The notes under the pieces were generated by a model. The model had not been told where the DNA came from. It was given only the letters and a program-made list of their open reading frames with translations, and did not search any database. From a bacterium (lineage in GTDB: Bacteria; SAR324; NAC60-12), in assembly GCA_965205865.1 (NCBI GenBank), contig CBDBHR010000025.1, forward strand, positions 1 to 64,000: a stretch of 64,000 nucleotides of DNA, given 5' to 3'. The position numbers were made by a program, and so were the translations under genes. Shown here piece after piece: positions 42,915 through 52,931 of the stretch (positions within the stretch are counted from its first letter, which is position 1; the number at the start of each line of letters is the position of its first letter).

Positions 42915-43718
42915 TCAGATCTTTGCGGCAACTCCACCATCGACGTTGATGATCTCGGCAGTGAGGAAGCGTGATTCTTCGGATACCAGGAACAAGAAAA
43001 GATTGGCGACGTCCTCAGGGTAGCCGGGACCCGGAATAATCTGTGCCATCTTGAACATCTTCTCGAAAACATGATGCCCGCCGTCGGGATCGTTGATGGT
43101 TCCCCGAGTCGCACCGGGCGTCATGATTTGACCGGGACGTACGCAATTGACCCGGATGTTATGTTTACCCCCGACCCCGGCCATGTAACGGGTCAGCGCA
43201 TCGACTCCCGCTTTTGCCGCGTAGTAAGCCGGTGCGGCAGTACCGAATTCCTCGCGCATCCAGGGGCTGAAACCCCGCTGAGCGGCGAGTGACGACATGT
43301 TCACAACGGCACCGCCACCGGCTGCCACGAGGTGTGGCCAAACAGCGCGTGAAACATAGAACGTGCCGTTCAGATTGATATCGATAACATAGTTCCAATC
43401 TTCGTCGGACATGTTGGGGAAGTCTCCCGCAGCCCCTCCACCGGCATTGTTGATCAATATGTCTATGGTACCGTAAGCTTTGGCCGCTTCCGCCGCTGCC
43501 GAATCGACTGAGCCGACGTTGCTCACGTCACAGGCGATGAAAGTGGCCTCTCCACCTTCCTCGCTAACAGCTTTTTCAACTCTCGCCCCTTCCTCTTCCC
43601 GCCTGGCCATAATCACGACTTTGGCCCCTTCCCTGGCAAAAAGATGGACCGTCGCTTCACCAATCCCGCTGTTGCCTCCCGTGACAATCGCGACCTTGTT
43701 TTTCAATCGTTGTGTCAT
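42915..43718 (-). CDS. Short-chain dehydrogenase/reductase
   Basis: TGGNSGIG, NNAG, YYAAK. Confidence 0.92.
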   Translation of the reverse strand: MTQRLKNKVAIVTGGNSGIGEATVHLFAREGAKVVIMARREEEGARVEKAVSEEGGEATFIACDVSNVGSVDSAAAEAAKAYGTIDILINNAGGGAAGDFPNMSDEDWNYVIDINLNGTFYVSRAVWPHLVAAGGGAVVNMSSLAAQRGFSPWMREEFGTAAPAYYAAKAGVDALTRYMAGVGGKHNIRVNCVRPGQIMTPGATRGTINDPDGGHHVFEKMFKMAQIIPGPGYPEDVANLFLFLVSEESRFLTAEIINVDGGVAAKI

Positions 43719-43922
43719 CTTCTTCCTCCAATCTTGCTGTTTGTCATTGTACCGTTATAAAAATTTTTGATTTTATCCATCACGTTCACTTCTCGTCCAC
43801 CTTTCTCGATAGAAAAGCAGGTGGGACTATTTGTATAAATTCTTTGCAAGCACCTGTCAACAAGAATTTGGGGATCTTCGCAGGTTCCTGCAATTCGAAG
43901 CAACAATTTCCCCAAGACTTTA

Positions 43923-44074
43923 GGAACAAACCTTAAATAACCTGTAATTCTTCCAATGGTGTGAGCAAAATTGGGGGACATGTACAGCGGCATCCCAACT
44001 CTACTGTTTTATGCCTGCTGTTACCTGTCCCCTAATTTTGCGTATCCATACTTCTAACTTATTTAAATTTCATT
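43923..44074 (-). mobile_element. 158-bp MITE, copy 2 (inverted, terminal CC missing)
   Basis: Reverse complement of 2333-2490 with a small internal deletion. Confidence 0.85.
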
Positions 44075-44092
44075 AGTGTCGATAGTATAATC

Positions 44093-45788
44093 CCTAAATC
44101 CTGCAATTAGATGACAATCAAACATGGAAATGGTAATATACTCAAATAGTTAACAGCAGAATCAACATTTTAAGAGATCACCATTACCATGAAAAACAAA
44201 GGTAGCGCAAGATCGGCAAGAACGACAGCAAAAAACATCCATATCAGCCAGGGAGGCAGAGACCTGACCGCGCAAGCAGGCTTGATTCCGGTTGTCAAAT
44301 TTTTTCACAAAGAAGGGATTGTTTCAAAGACAGAGCAGACCGTAGATCATCGGCGTGGCGCCACGGGTCTTTATGACGCGGTGGACATGGTCATTTTGTC
44401 GGTGGTCGGCATTGTTGGTGGCGCCCGTTCGATTCGTTCGATTGTGACAGTTTGGAACGACCGTGTTTTGAGTCGTGTGGCCGGTTGGCTGAGGATTCCG
44501 GATGAAACCACATTCGGCCGGATACTGCGTACTTTCACACAGAAAAACATCAATGAGATGGAGAGCTTGAACCATCGGATTCGAGCCGGTATCTGGCGTA
44601 AGGCGCTTCGAAGTGGGACAAGCATCGTTGGGGTGTTACACTGTCTTGTGATTGACGTGGACTCCACTGTGAAAACGGCCTACGGCAAGCAGCAAGGAGT
44701 GTCTGTCGGATATAATCCCCACAAACGCGGTGCAGCTTCGTATCATCCTCTGCTGGCATTTTGCGCAGAGACAAAGGAGATTCTTCAGGGTTGGCTTCGT
44801 GATGGGAGTGCCTATACCAGCAATGGAGTCGTTGAATTCATGCGGCAACTTCTCGCTCACCTTCCAAATCGGACTCGCACTCTGTTTCGTGGAGACAGTG
44901 GTTTTTTTGTGGGGGATTTGCTGGATTTCCTCGAAGAACGAGGCCATGGCTATCTGATCAAGGTCAAACTCAAGGGGCTTGTCTCGTTGTTGGAAACCCA
45001 AAAATGGCAAAAAGTGAAGGGGCAGCCCGCTTGGGAAGGGTGTGAGTTTTCCCACCAATGTGAAACTTGGAGGAGGTCAAGAAAATTCATGGCCGTACGC
45101 AGGGAGAAAGAGGAGGAACTCAAAGGGATGGCCACCCTCTTTGAGATGAAGGAGTACGATTATTTTTGTTATGTTCTCACTGACGCGCTCACTCCCTGGC
45201 AGGCTCACAAAGAGTATGGCCAAAGGGCGGTCGCTGAGACATGGATTGAGGAAGCAAAAAATCAAACTGCGCTGGCTCAGATTAAAACCGACGATTTTTG
45301 GGCCAACAGTGCCTTGTTCCAATGCGCGATACTCGCTTACAACACGCTGCGCTGGATGGCCCTTTGTAGTGGTAACGCAATACTGCGCCGTTGGGAACCG
45401 GCCACCATGCGCACCTATCTTGTCCGAATGGCAGGAAAATGGACGAGTGGCGCTCGTCAACAAAAACTGAGAGTTCCGGAAAGAACACTTTACAATGCTC
45501 AATGGGATGCATGGGTCGCTGTTGGAGAGACCTGGATCCTTTGTTTCACTCCAGTGGATACATTTTGCTGAGATGTAGATTCCCAAATCCAGGGAGAAGT
45601 ACGTCTTGAATCTTGTGCCCGCGAAAGCGGGTATCAGATCATCACAAAATATGACGATCTAATGGAGGGCGGAAAAACCTTTATGAGCAAGGACTGATGG
45701 AAATTCAACTCTCAAATCCTTTTTTTTAAAAAAACCTCTCAAAGAGTGGGGGGAAACTCAATCAAAATATTCAATTGCAGGATTTAGG
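44093..45788 (+). mobile_element. IS1380-family insertion sequence, complete
   Basis: 16-bp IR CCTAAATCCTGCAATT / AATTGCAGGATTTAGG; 5-bp duplication TAATC. Confidence 0.95.
44189..45571 (+). CDS. IS1380-family transposase
   Basis: IDVDST, YHPL, RGDSGF, YGQRAVAETWIEEAK. Confidence 0.95.
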   Translation: MKNKGSARSARTTAKNIHISQGGRDLTAQAGLIPVVKFFHKEGIVSKTEQTVDHRRGATGLYDAVDMVILSVVGIVGGARSIRSIVTVWNDRVLSRVAGWLRIPDETTFGRILRTFTQKNINEMESLNHRIRAGIWRKALRSGTSIVGVLHCLVIDVDSTVKTAYGKQQGVSVGYNPHKRGAASYHPLLAFCAETKEILQGWLRDGSAYTSNGVVEFMRQLLAHLPNRTRTLFRGDSGFFVGDLLDFLEERGHGYLIKVKLKGLVSLLETQKWQKVKGQPAWEGCEFSHQCETWRRSRKFMAVRREKEEELKGMATLFEMKEYDYFCYVLTDALTPWQAHKEYGQRAVAETWIEEAKNQTALAQIKTDDFWANSALFQCAILAYNTLRWMALCSGNAILRRWEPATMRTYLVRMAGKWTSGARQQKLRVPERTLYNAQWDAWVAVGETWILCFTPVDTFC

Positions 45789-45791
45789 TAA

Positions 45792-46646
45792 TCAATAAAA
45801 GGCGGCCATGACAGGTTTATGGTCCGAACCCGAGGCTTCCTCCATCACTCGCATTTCCTGCAAAGCATTGGCAAATCCATCGCTTGCGAAAATGTAATCC
45901 ACCCTTTTTGGACTTTTAGCAAAGAAAGTCAAACCCGTTTTCTCACCATGATGCAGCGTCCACAGGTCCACAAAGCGATTGACAAAGCCTTGGTTGGTTT
46001 CTGCTGTCCCAATCATTATTTCATATTCTTCGCAGTCCGCAGTCATGTTGAAATCTCCGAGAATCAGCGTATCTTGAGGAATATCCTGCGCAAGGTCGGA
46101 AAGCTCCCAGAGATCATTTTCTGGGCCAGTCATTGCGCCTCCTTGAACTCTGCCGATATTAATAATTTTTTTTAATGCGATGACTTGTTCCAATCGCTCG
46201 TTGTCAGATGAATGACTCAGGTGGGTGCACAACAGCCTGATTCGCTTTTCCGGAGTCTTGATGACAGCGTCTATCGCAGAGCGTTGCAGACAGAGCCGAT
46301 CTATAAAATTTTGCTTAGGCAACATATGTACTCGGGCCTGCTCGATGGGCCAACGCGAAATGATCATATTGCCGAATTGTCTTCTGCGATTTTGTATTTT
46401 GTTGTCTTGAAGACGAATACTGGCATCGACATCGAGCGCTGGTCCAAAAAAAATGTAACGATCTTCGAATAATTCACTCAATCGTTTTACCTGATCCTCC
46501 ATTCCTGTACGTTGCCACCATCTGTCAATTTCCTGTAAGCCGATTACGTCGCAATGTCGGACTTCCCCGGCAATACGATCGACACTGGTTTCTCCGTCCA
46601 AACCCGTACAATATTGCGTGTTGTAGGTTACGATGCTTAATTTCAT
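45792..46646 (-). CDS. Endonuclease/exonuclease/phosphatase family protein
   Basis: TYN, LQE, THL, GDFN, DYIF, SDH. Confidence 0.92.
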   Translation of the reverse strand: MKLSIVTYNTQYCTGLDGETSVDRIAGEVRHCDVIGLQEIDRWWQRTGMEDQVKRLSELFEDRYIFFGPALDVDASIRLQDNKIQNRRRQFGNMIISRWPIEQARVHMLPKQNFIDRLCLQRSAIDAVIKTPEKRIRLLCTHLSHSSDNERLEQVIALKKIINIGRVQGGAMTGPENDLWELSDLAQDIPQDTLILGDFNMTADCEEYEIMIGTAETNQGFVNRFVDLWTLHHGEKTGLTFFAKSPKRVDYIFASDGFANALQEMRVMEEASGSDHKPVMAAFY

Positions 46647-47041
46647 TTTAATCCCCTTTGGCAATGTGGTTCACACCCACTCACTGTCCAAATACGAATG
46701 ATCGATTTTGACTGCTCGACTTTAAATATTTTTCCTCCATGCTCTTGATTTTCCAAGGCAAATCACAGTCTGCTCGAAACATACTTTTTTCTCATAAAAC
46801 GGTGGAGTAGTTAAATCAGTTCGATAATTTCCACTCAATGGAAACAACTGCCATTATTGCACGAGAGGAGACAATGGAGAAACAGGAATCTTGTCCGAAA
46901 AAGGTAATGGCTCTCCTCTTTTTCCATAAAAAATTGCGAGCGCTGATAATTGGAGTGAGATTCTTGTGTCGAACTGTTAAAAAGATGCGAGGTGGAATAA
47001 CATGGGATGGTTTCGGGAGTCTCGTTGAAGAGGAAACAATC

Positions 47042-47527
47042 ATGAATCAAGTACGTATTGAATGGGCTACCGAGGATGACGCGCAGTTGCTCATGTCACT
47101 CATCAGGGATCTCGCGGCTTACGAAAAGTTGTCGCACGACGTCATTGCGACTGAAGCTGACCTCAGACGCGCGTTGTTTAGCGAACCACCTGCCGTTGAG
47201 GCGTTGATTGCCCGAGTCGAAGACGAAGCTGTTGGTTTCGCCTTATTTTTTCACAATTTTTCCACATTCCAGGGGCGGCGAGGCCTCTATCTCGAGGATC
47301 TGTTCGTCAAGCCAGAATCACGCGGAAAAGGATACGGACGTCAACTGCTCATAAAGCTCGCCCGGATTGCGGTGGAGCGTGATTGTGGCAGGATGGAATG
47401 GTCGGTCTTGAATTGGAACGAGTTGGCAAAGAAGTCGTATCGAAAGGTCGGAGCCCGGCCCTTGGACGACTGGTCCGTCTGGCGTCTTTCGGGGGAAGAT
47501 CTCGAAATGCTCGCCGAATCAGACTGA
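47042..47527 (+). CDS. GNAT N-acetyltransferase (diamine acetyltransferase-like)
   Basis: FSTFQGRRGLYLEDLFV..RGKGYG..WSVLNWN. Confidence 0.92.
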   Translation: MNQVRIEWATEDDAQLLMSLIRDLAAYEKLSHDVIATEADLRRALFSEPPAVEALIARVEDEAVGFALFFHNFSTFQGRRGLYLEDLFVKPESRGKGYGRQLLIKLARIAVERDCGRMEWSVLNWNELAKKSYRKVGARPLDDWSVWRLSGEDLEMLAESD

Positions 47528-47593
47528 GCCTGAATCAATGGCAAGACTCGCCAGGCACTCTCGCGCTCACGATCCGAGCTTGGTCTTTACTAA

Positions 47594-47751
47594 GGAATGA
47601 AATTTAAATAAGTTAGAAGTATGGATACGCAAAATTAGGGGACACGTAACAGCAGGCATAAAACAGTAGAGTTGGGATGCGCAGCGGTGTACATGTCCCC
47701 CAATTTTGCTCACACCATTGAAAGAATTACAGGTTATTTAAGGTTTGTTCC
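47594..47751 (+). mobile_element. 158-bp MITE, copy 3 (TAA duplication)
   Basis: About 3 differences from copy 1; TAA on both sides. Confidence 0.9.
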
Positions 47752-47777
47752 TAAGGCAATTTGAAAAATATTTATTG

Positions 47778-48161
47778 TCATTGTGAAGCTACGAATCCTC
47801 CAATTATTGCCAATATCGGTTTGAGTTTTTTTTGAATTGGATCGACGTCAACTCCGAAATTCTCCAAGGCAGTTGCGCCAAGCAAAAAGAGAGAGCCCTT
47901 TGGAGCGAAAATTATTGGACAAGGAATCGTGCCTTCAAGTTCTTCAATTTGGAAATCGCAGAAACCCAATAGTCTTGTATCTTGTCGACCATCTGCAAGA
48001 ATTAAACTCCGTTTCGCCGATGGTTCTACCTCTATTTTTTCAAGATAATTTTCCGGCGCAAAAGAATAAAGCGCGCCTGTATCTACCCAAAAATCTTCTT
48101 CAAAAAACAGGTTGGGATTCTTGCTATTTGATAATTTTATTTTCTTTTTGAACATACCCAT
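47778..48161 (-). CDS. Clan AA retropepsin-like aspartic protease
   Basis: VDTGA, LADG, LLGATALE..VDP. Confidence 0.85.
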   Translation of the reverse strand: MGMFKKKIKLSNSKNPNLFFEEDFWVDTGALYSFAPENYLEKIEVEPSAKRSLILADGRQDTRLLGFCDFQIEELEGTIPCPIIFAPKGSLFLLGATALENFGVDVDPIQKKLKPILAIIGGFVASQ

Positions 48162-48326
48162 ATTACTCCTCCTTGCATACCAGATTTGTTGCTACAACAA
48201 ATTATTACAATAATATCAGTATGTTAATATTTTAAACAGTCTCTTTATTTCTCCTGTTTATCCAATAGAATTGAATATATCGTAATTTCCTTTGGCGGAA
48301 AAATACAAAAAAACGCGAGACTAAAC

Positions 48327-48464
48327 AACTCAAGGGATATACGCCTGAGAATGCCTATTCATATCCATAAAGGGATTACGGACCGCGCACGAAAAGAAGG
48401 AAAAAGTTTGAATAGATGGATCAATGAGAAGCTGGAGGCCGTCATTGCTCAAGAGTTGTCATGA
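48327..48464 (+). pseudogene. HicB-like ribbon-helix-helix fragment
   Basis: IRLRMPIHIH...ARKEGKSLNRWI. Confidence 0.55.
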
Positions 48465-48472
48465 TAAAAATT

Positions 48473-48502
48473 GTGGGAGGGCAGCGGCCGCTGCCCTCCC
48501 AC
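48473..48502. terminator. Perfect GC-rich hairpin, likely terminator of the minus-strand SBP gene
   Basis: GTGGGAGGGCAGCGG/CCGCTGCCCTCCCAC with an A-rich flank (T tract on the minus strand). Confidence 0.7.
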
Positions 48503-48520
48503 CGTTGTTAGGCAATAATA

Positions 48521-48693
48521 CTAGTACTGCTTTCAGGAAATAGTTGACCCTTATTTCAGGATCAAATATTTAGTTTGATTTGTCATTCTTGGCTTACCCG
48601 GGAATCCAGGGGACCTACCAAAATACTCCTAGATCCCGGATCAAGCCCGGGATGACACAGAAAGGGTCAGTTACTTTGTAACACTTGTACTAG
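48521..48693. repeat. REP-containing MITE-like element (CTAGTAC..GTACTAG)
   Basis: Inverted homologue of 59307-59443. Confidence 0.75.
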
Positions 48694-50477
48694 TAGCCCA
48701 TTTCTTTCTTCCTGGCGCTATCAATCCAGAGGCGGGCAAAGATGATATTACGATCCATGTCCCCCAGTTCGGTTTCCCCATTGTATCCAACAATCCACGG
48801 CTGGAAGGCGTGAAAGTGCGGAACGCGCCCCCCCCATAAATACCAGTGCTGACTATTAAAGTACATATCGATCGGTTTCGAAGCCCTCATCTGCTCCTCG
48901 AGGGTTGGAGCGGCTGACATCGCCGCATACATGGCGTCATAAATCGGATCTTTGACTTGGGCGACATTCCATGGTGAATCTACCACTGTGGCCAGCAGAC
49001 CCATCTGCCCCACGGGGTTCCACTCGTATCCCGAAATAAAAGCCATAAACTGCCCACTACCGTCCTGCAATTTGGCACCATAAGCAGGGCCATCCACTCC
49101 CTCGAGCTTGATCTCAACGCCAATCTTTTTCCAATATTCGACTGCGATTTGGTCATGCTCCAAACGGTTCTGGGTGAGACCATAATTCATAATGGCCTTG
49201 AATCGAGTACCGTCTGCGCCGCGGGGATAACCCGCCTCATCCAGAAGCTTCTCCGCCCCTTCCGGGTCATACGCATAGTATTTCTTGATCTCTTCAGGCC
49301 AATCCTCGAAATTGGTGACGTACCCGATAAAACCTTTCCCCAGAAACCCCTGGGGTGTCAAATCGGCGAGACCATTATGGAATCTATCGAAAGGGCCGTC
49401 TTTTCTAAGGTCCAGGGCCATCTGCATGGCGTGGCGCACTCGCACGTCGCTAAATGGCTTCTTTTGCGTGTTAAAAACCCAAGACGTCTCAGAGCGATAG
49501 GACATCGGCTCCAGCACGATTTCGGGATTGGTTTTCTTGAGGCTCATCACCTGGTCCATGGAGGTTAATTGACTGTAGCCGGCAGGCATGCCCAGCATAT
49601 CAACCTTCCGCGAGCGTAGTAAGGACAGCCGGGTTGCCGGGTCCGGTACGATCAGGCCCTTAAAACCGTCAAGGTAGGGCAATTTGTTCTCTGGATATTT
49701 TTCGTCGACATCCCAGTAGTTGGGATTCTTGACCCAAGTTATAGAGGAGCCCTCCACGATTTCCGTAATCTCAAAGGGACCGGTACCGACCAGGTTCCTC
49801 CAATCCTTCGCATCGCCATGTTCCTTGATTACCTCGGGGGCGTACATAAAATTCAAGTTAACCACTGCAGCTCCGAGAAAAAGGGGATCTACCTCCTTCA
49901 TCTTGAAGACAAGAGTATATTTGTCGGTGGCCTTTATTGATTCGAGCTTGCCCACATTGGCACCCCAATAGGAACTGTGTTCGCTGAAGCCGCTGCCTGT
50001 ACCCGTATAACGGTGATAGTTATATTCGGCATCAAAAGCGGTAAATTCTCTGCCATTCACCGGCGCCTTGTTTTGCCATTTAACCCCCTTGCGGATTTTG
50101 AAGACCATTGTGAGTGGGTCGGGCTGCTCCCAGCTCTCCGCCAGGTGTCCTGTATAGAGAGTCATAGGCTTGTAGGTTGTTCTGAAGTCGAATTGGTCCC
50201 TGGGCGTAGCCCAGTCCATGATACCCAGCTTCTCTAAAACACCGGCGACAACGGTTCCCGGGTGGTGATGGAACCACATGTCAACATGATTAGCATCTCC
50301 GACACTTGCCGTGGCCCAGGTGATGGTCCCGCCATACTCCGGCGCAACTACCATCTTGCCGGTCGTCGGGTCTTTGACCATCTCGGCTGCCCGGGCCGGA
50401 CCGACCCAGAGGGCGGCCGCCATCAGGGTGAGGGTTAGCAATAATGATGTGATTTTGCTTGGCATGATTTTTTTCAT
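48690..50477 (-). CDS. ABC substrate-binding protein, family 5, paralogue 2 (stand-alone)
   Basis: KDPTTGKMVVAPEYGG, LAESWE, VGTGPF; frame also open from 50570. Confidence 0.92.
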   Translation of the reverse strand: MKKIMPSKITSLLLTLTLMAAALWVGPARAAEMVKDPTTGKMVVAPEYGGTITWATASVGDANHVDMWFHHHPGTVVAGVLEKLGIMDWATPRDQFDFRTTYKPMTLYTGHLAESWEQPDPLTMVFKIRKGVKWQNKAPVNGREFTAFDAEYNYHRYTGTGSGFSEHSSYWGANVGKLESIKATDKYTLVFKMKEVDPLFLGAAVVNLNFMYAPEVIKEHGDAKDWRNLVGTGPFEITEIVEGSSITWVKNPNYWDVDEKYPENKLPYLDGFKGLIVPDPATRLSLLRSRKVDMLGMPAGYSQLTSMDQVMSLKKTNPEIVLEPMSYRSETSWVFNTQKKPFSDVRVRHAMQMALDLRKDGPFDRFHNGLADLTPQGFLGKGFIGYVTNFEDWPEEIKKYYAYDPEGAEKLLDEAGYPRGADGTRFKAIMNYGLTQNRLEHDQIAVEYWKKIGVEIKLEGVDGPAYGAKLQDGSGQFMAFISGYEWNPVGQMGLLATVVDSPWNVAQVKDPIYDAMYAAMSAAPTLEEQMRASKPIDMYFNSQHWYLWGGRVPHFHAFQPWIVGYNGETELGDMDRNIIFARLWIDSARKKEMGY

Positions 50478-50700
50478 AATTCCTCTTATATTGAGATGCA
50501 ATAATAAAGATTCTCCACACCATTGAGAGAATCGGGCGAATTGAATTATTCTTGATTTTATTGTTTCCATCGTTTCCTCTTACAATTGAGGTGCAATAAA
50601 AAGATTCACCCGCCCTGGGGCGAATCGATTCCCCGCTTTCGCGAGGACAAGTTTTTGTACAGCAGACACGAAGTCTGCCACGGCAGGGTGCCCGTCGAGC

Positions 50701-51235
50701 GGGAACTCTCTCCTTCACTAAAACAACTCAGTGAAGGCACGACTTTAGCACTTCTGCTAGTCAACCTCAAGACCCTGACGTAAAAAAATGCAGGATTCGT
50801 AAAAAAAAAAATAAAAAATCCGTTTTCACTACATACAAAGTAACTATTCAGGTCTCTGAAAAACCGTTTAGTTCAATATCATTAAAAAAGATTCCCGGGG
50901 AGGATCAATCGTTTTCAATTCCTCTCACGATATTGTTCAATCAATCGGGAACCTTCTCTGTCACTAAAACAACTCAGTGATTGCATGATCCTAGCACAAC
51001 AACCCAATGTCAACCCCCCACAGCAAAATAAATGCGGGATTCGCAAAAAAAAACAATAAATCAATAAATCTGCTCAAATCCGGGGACAGTCAGAAGCCGT
51101 TCAGTTCAATAACGTTGAAAAAAGATTCCCGGCAAGGATCCATCGTTTTCACATCCTCCCGGGGTATTGTTCAATCGATCGAGCGGGAAAACTCTCTCAC
51201 TAAAACAACTTCAATGATGTCATGATTTTAGCACT
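50701..51235 (-). repeat. Tandem ~240-bp noncoding units (promoter-hairpin-terminator-like)
   Basis: CACTAAAACAACT cores at 50716, 50962 and 51198; the full units align. Confidence 0.8.
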
Positions 51236-51634
51236 ACTACGCGGCGCAAAGCTTATAGCAAGTTTGATCAGGAGAATTGCGCAATATAAGGAGGTCAGCT
51301 AAAAAAATATTTAGCGATCCATCTTCGGCATGAACCAAAAGAGGAGTCCTAATCGCTCTTGCTTCCATTGCTCTCGTTCTTATTCAAAGAGTTGACAGGC
51401 TTCTTGAAGAGCCCCGAGCTGGGGAGTCGATGAAATGGCATTTCGACGCTCCCTGGTTTTGGGCAGGATTTACGGGGCCTGGAATGGATATCAGGGACTA
51501 AGGATAGATGGCATGAAGAAGAAAAAAAGATAAATTTCAGTACGCCTTCTGCACCCAATTAGTGTTTCGGCTGGAAATTCCGAAAAAATCACAATATTTC
51601 TTTCTTTTTCTCCTTGCTTCTCTCCTTTTAAAAT

Positions 51635-51652
51635 TGTACATTATATTGTACA
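51635..51652. promoter_or_regulatory. YefM-type operator, TGTACA-N6-TGTACA
   Basis: Two TGTACA palindromes with 12-bp spacing upstream of a Phd/YefM gene. Confidence 0.7.
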
Positions 51653-51694
51653 TTCAATTTTTTTTTTGATGACAAATTTTTCCAAAAGGAAACT

Positions 51695-52021
51695 ATGGAA
51701 GCGTTGAGTATTTCTGAGGGACGCAAACGTTTGTTTGAGTTGAGGGAGCAAATTGTATCTGACCATGACCAAGTAATTCTCATGCGCAAAGGAGGGAACG
51801 TGGTCTCGATTTCAATGGATGAATGGGAAACATGCAAAGAAACCCAACGCCTTCTCAGAGACAAAGAAGCCCTGAAAGCACTTATTCAATCTTTCGATGA
51901 TCATGATTCCGGAAAAAAACGAGGTCAATCGGCAAATAAGGCGTTAGGAAAACTACTTGACAACGACCTCTCTCTTAAAAGAATCGATGAAGCCGGACGG
52001 CACCCAAGAAGTAGTGATTGA
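51695..52021 (+). CDS. Phd/YefM-family antitoxin (no cognate toxin downstream)
   Basis: SISEGRKRLFEL...V.DHDQVIL.RKG...SMDEWE..KET. Confidence 0.8.
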   Translation: MEALSISEGRKRLFELREQIVSDHDQVILMRKGGNVVSISMDEWETCKETQRLLRDKEALKALIQSFDDHDSGKKRGQSANKALGKLLDNDLSLKRIDEAGRHPRSSD

Positions 52022-52931
52022 CGTAAAATCCGTCAGCAAATCATTCAAAGAAGTGCAAGCCGTCAAAAATCTCGACTTGCAAATACGACGGGGAGAATTT
52101 GTTGCCTTGCTCGGTCCCAATGGCGCAGGCAAAACGACCCTGGTGGAAATGATTGAAGGGATTCAATTTCCCGATGCGGGAGAAATTCGTTTGTTTGGCA
52201 GGACCTGGAACGAAGGGGCATCCTTCATCCGCCTGAAAATGGGACTGGCCCTGCAAGAAACTCGTTTTTTTGATAAATTGACAGTCGAAGAAACACTCGA
52301 TTTGTTCGCACAGTTTTACCGGATGGATCGCAGCAGAACCGATACCATATTGGCACTCGTCGATCTGCAAGAAAAGAGAAAGACTTATACCGTCCATTTA
52401 TCCGGAGGCCAACGACAACGATTGGCCCTCGGCGTCTCGTTGGTCAATGACCCGGAACTCCTTTTATTGGATGAACCAACCACCGGACTGGACCCGAATG
52501 CGCGACGGAGTATCTGGAACATACTGGAATCTTTGAAATCCAAAGGGACCACCATGATCTTGACCACCCACTACATGGAAGAGGCCGAACATCTCTGTGA
52601 ACGGATCATCTTTATGAACCAGGGAGTTTTTTTGGGACAAGGCAGTCTGGAAGAACTATTAACCGCTCATGGTTCGGGGGATTTGATCGAATTCAATATC
52701 AATCAGGAATTGCCCGGCGAGGCGATGGGCGCCATCCGGGGGTATCTGGATTTCACTTGGAATGAGGAAGCGAAGTCAGGAAAACTGAGTGTTGAAAATA
52801 CCACCACCGCCTTACCCGATTTATTGAAAGTCGTTGAGAACAATGGCTTGCTGCTCCATGAACTGCAATGCCGACGGCCGACACTGGATGACCTTTTTAT
52901 CACCCTGACAGGGAGACATTTGAATGACTAA
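51987..52931 (+). CDS. ABC-2 exporter ATP-binding protein
   Basis: GPNGAGKT, LSGGQ, LLLDEPT. Confidence 0.95.
   Translation: MKPDGTQEVVIDVKSVSKSFKEVQAVKNLDLQIRRGEFVALLGPNGAGKTTLVEMIEGIQFPDAGEIRLFGRTWNEGASFIRLKMGLALQETRFFDKLTVEETLDLFAQFYRMDRSRTDTILALVDLQEKRKTYTVHLSGGQRQRLALGVSLVNDPELLLLDEPTTGLDPNARRSIWNILESLKSKGTTMILTTHYMEEAEHLCERIIFMNQGVFLGQGSLEELLTAHGSGDLIEFNINQELPGEAMGAIRGYLDFTWNEEAKSGKLSVENTTTALPDLLKVVENNGLLLHELQCRRPTLDDLFITLTGRHLND

Noticed and set aside
50868-51152. Conserved peptide array in the tandem units
   Set aside because: The two short ORFs change frame after 11 codons and use TTG/GTG starts
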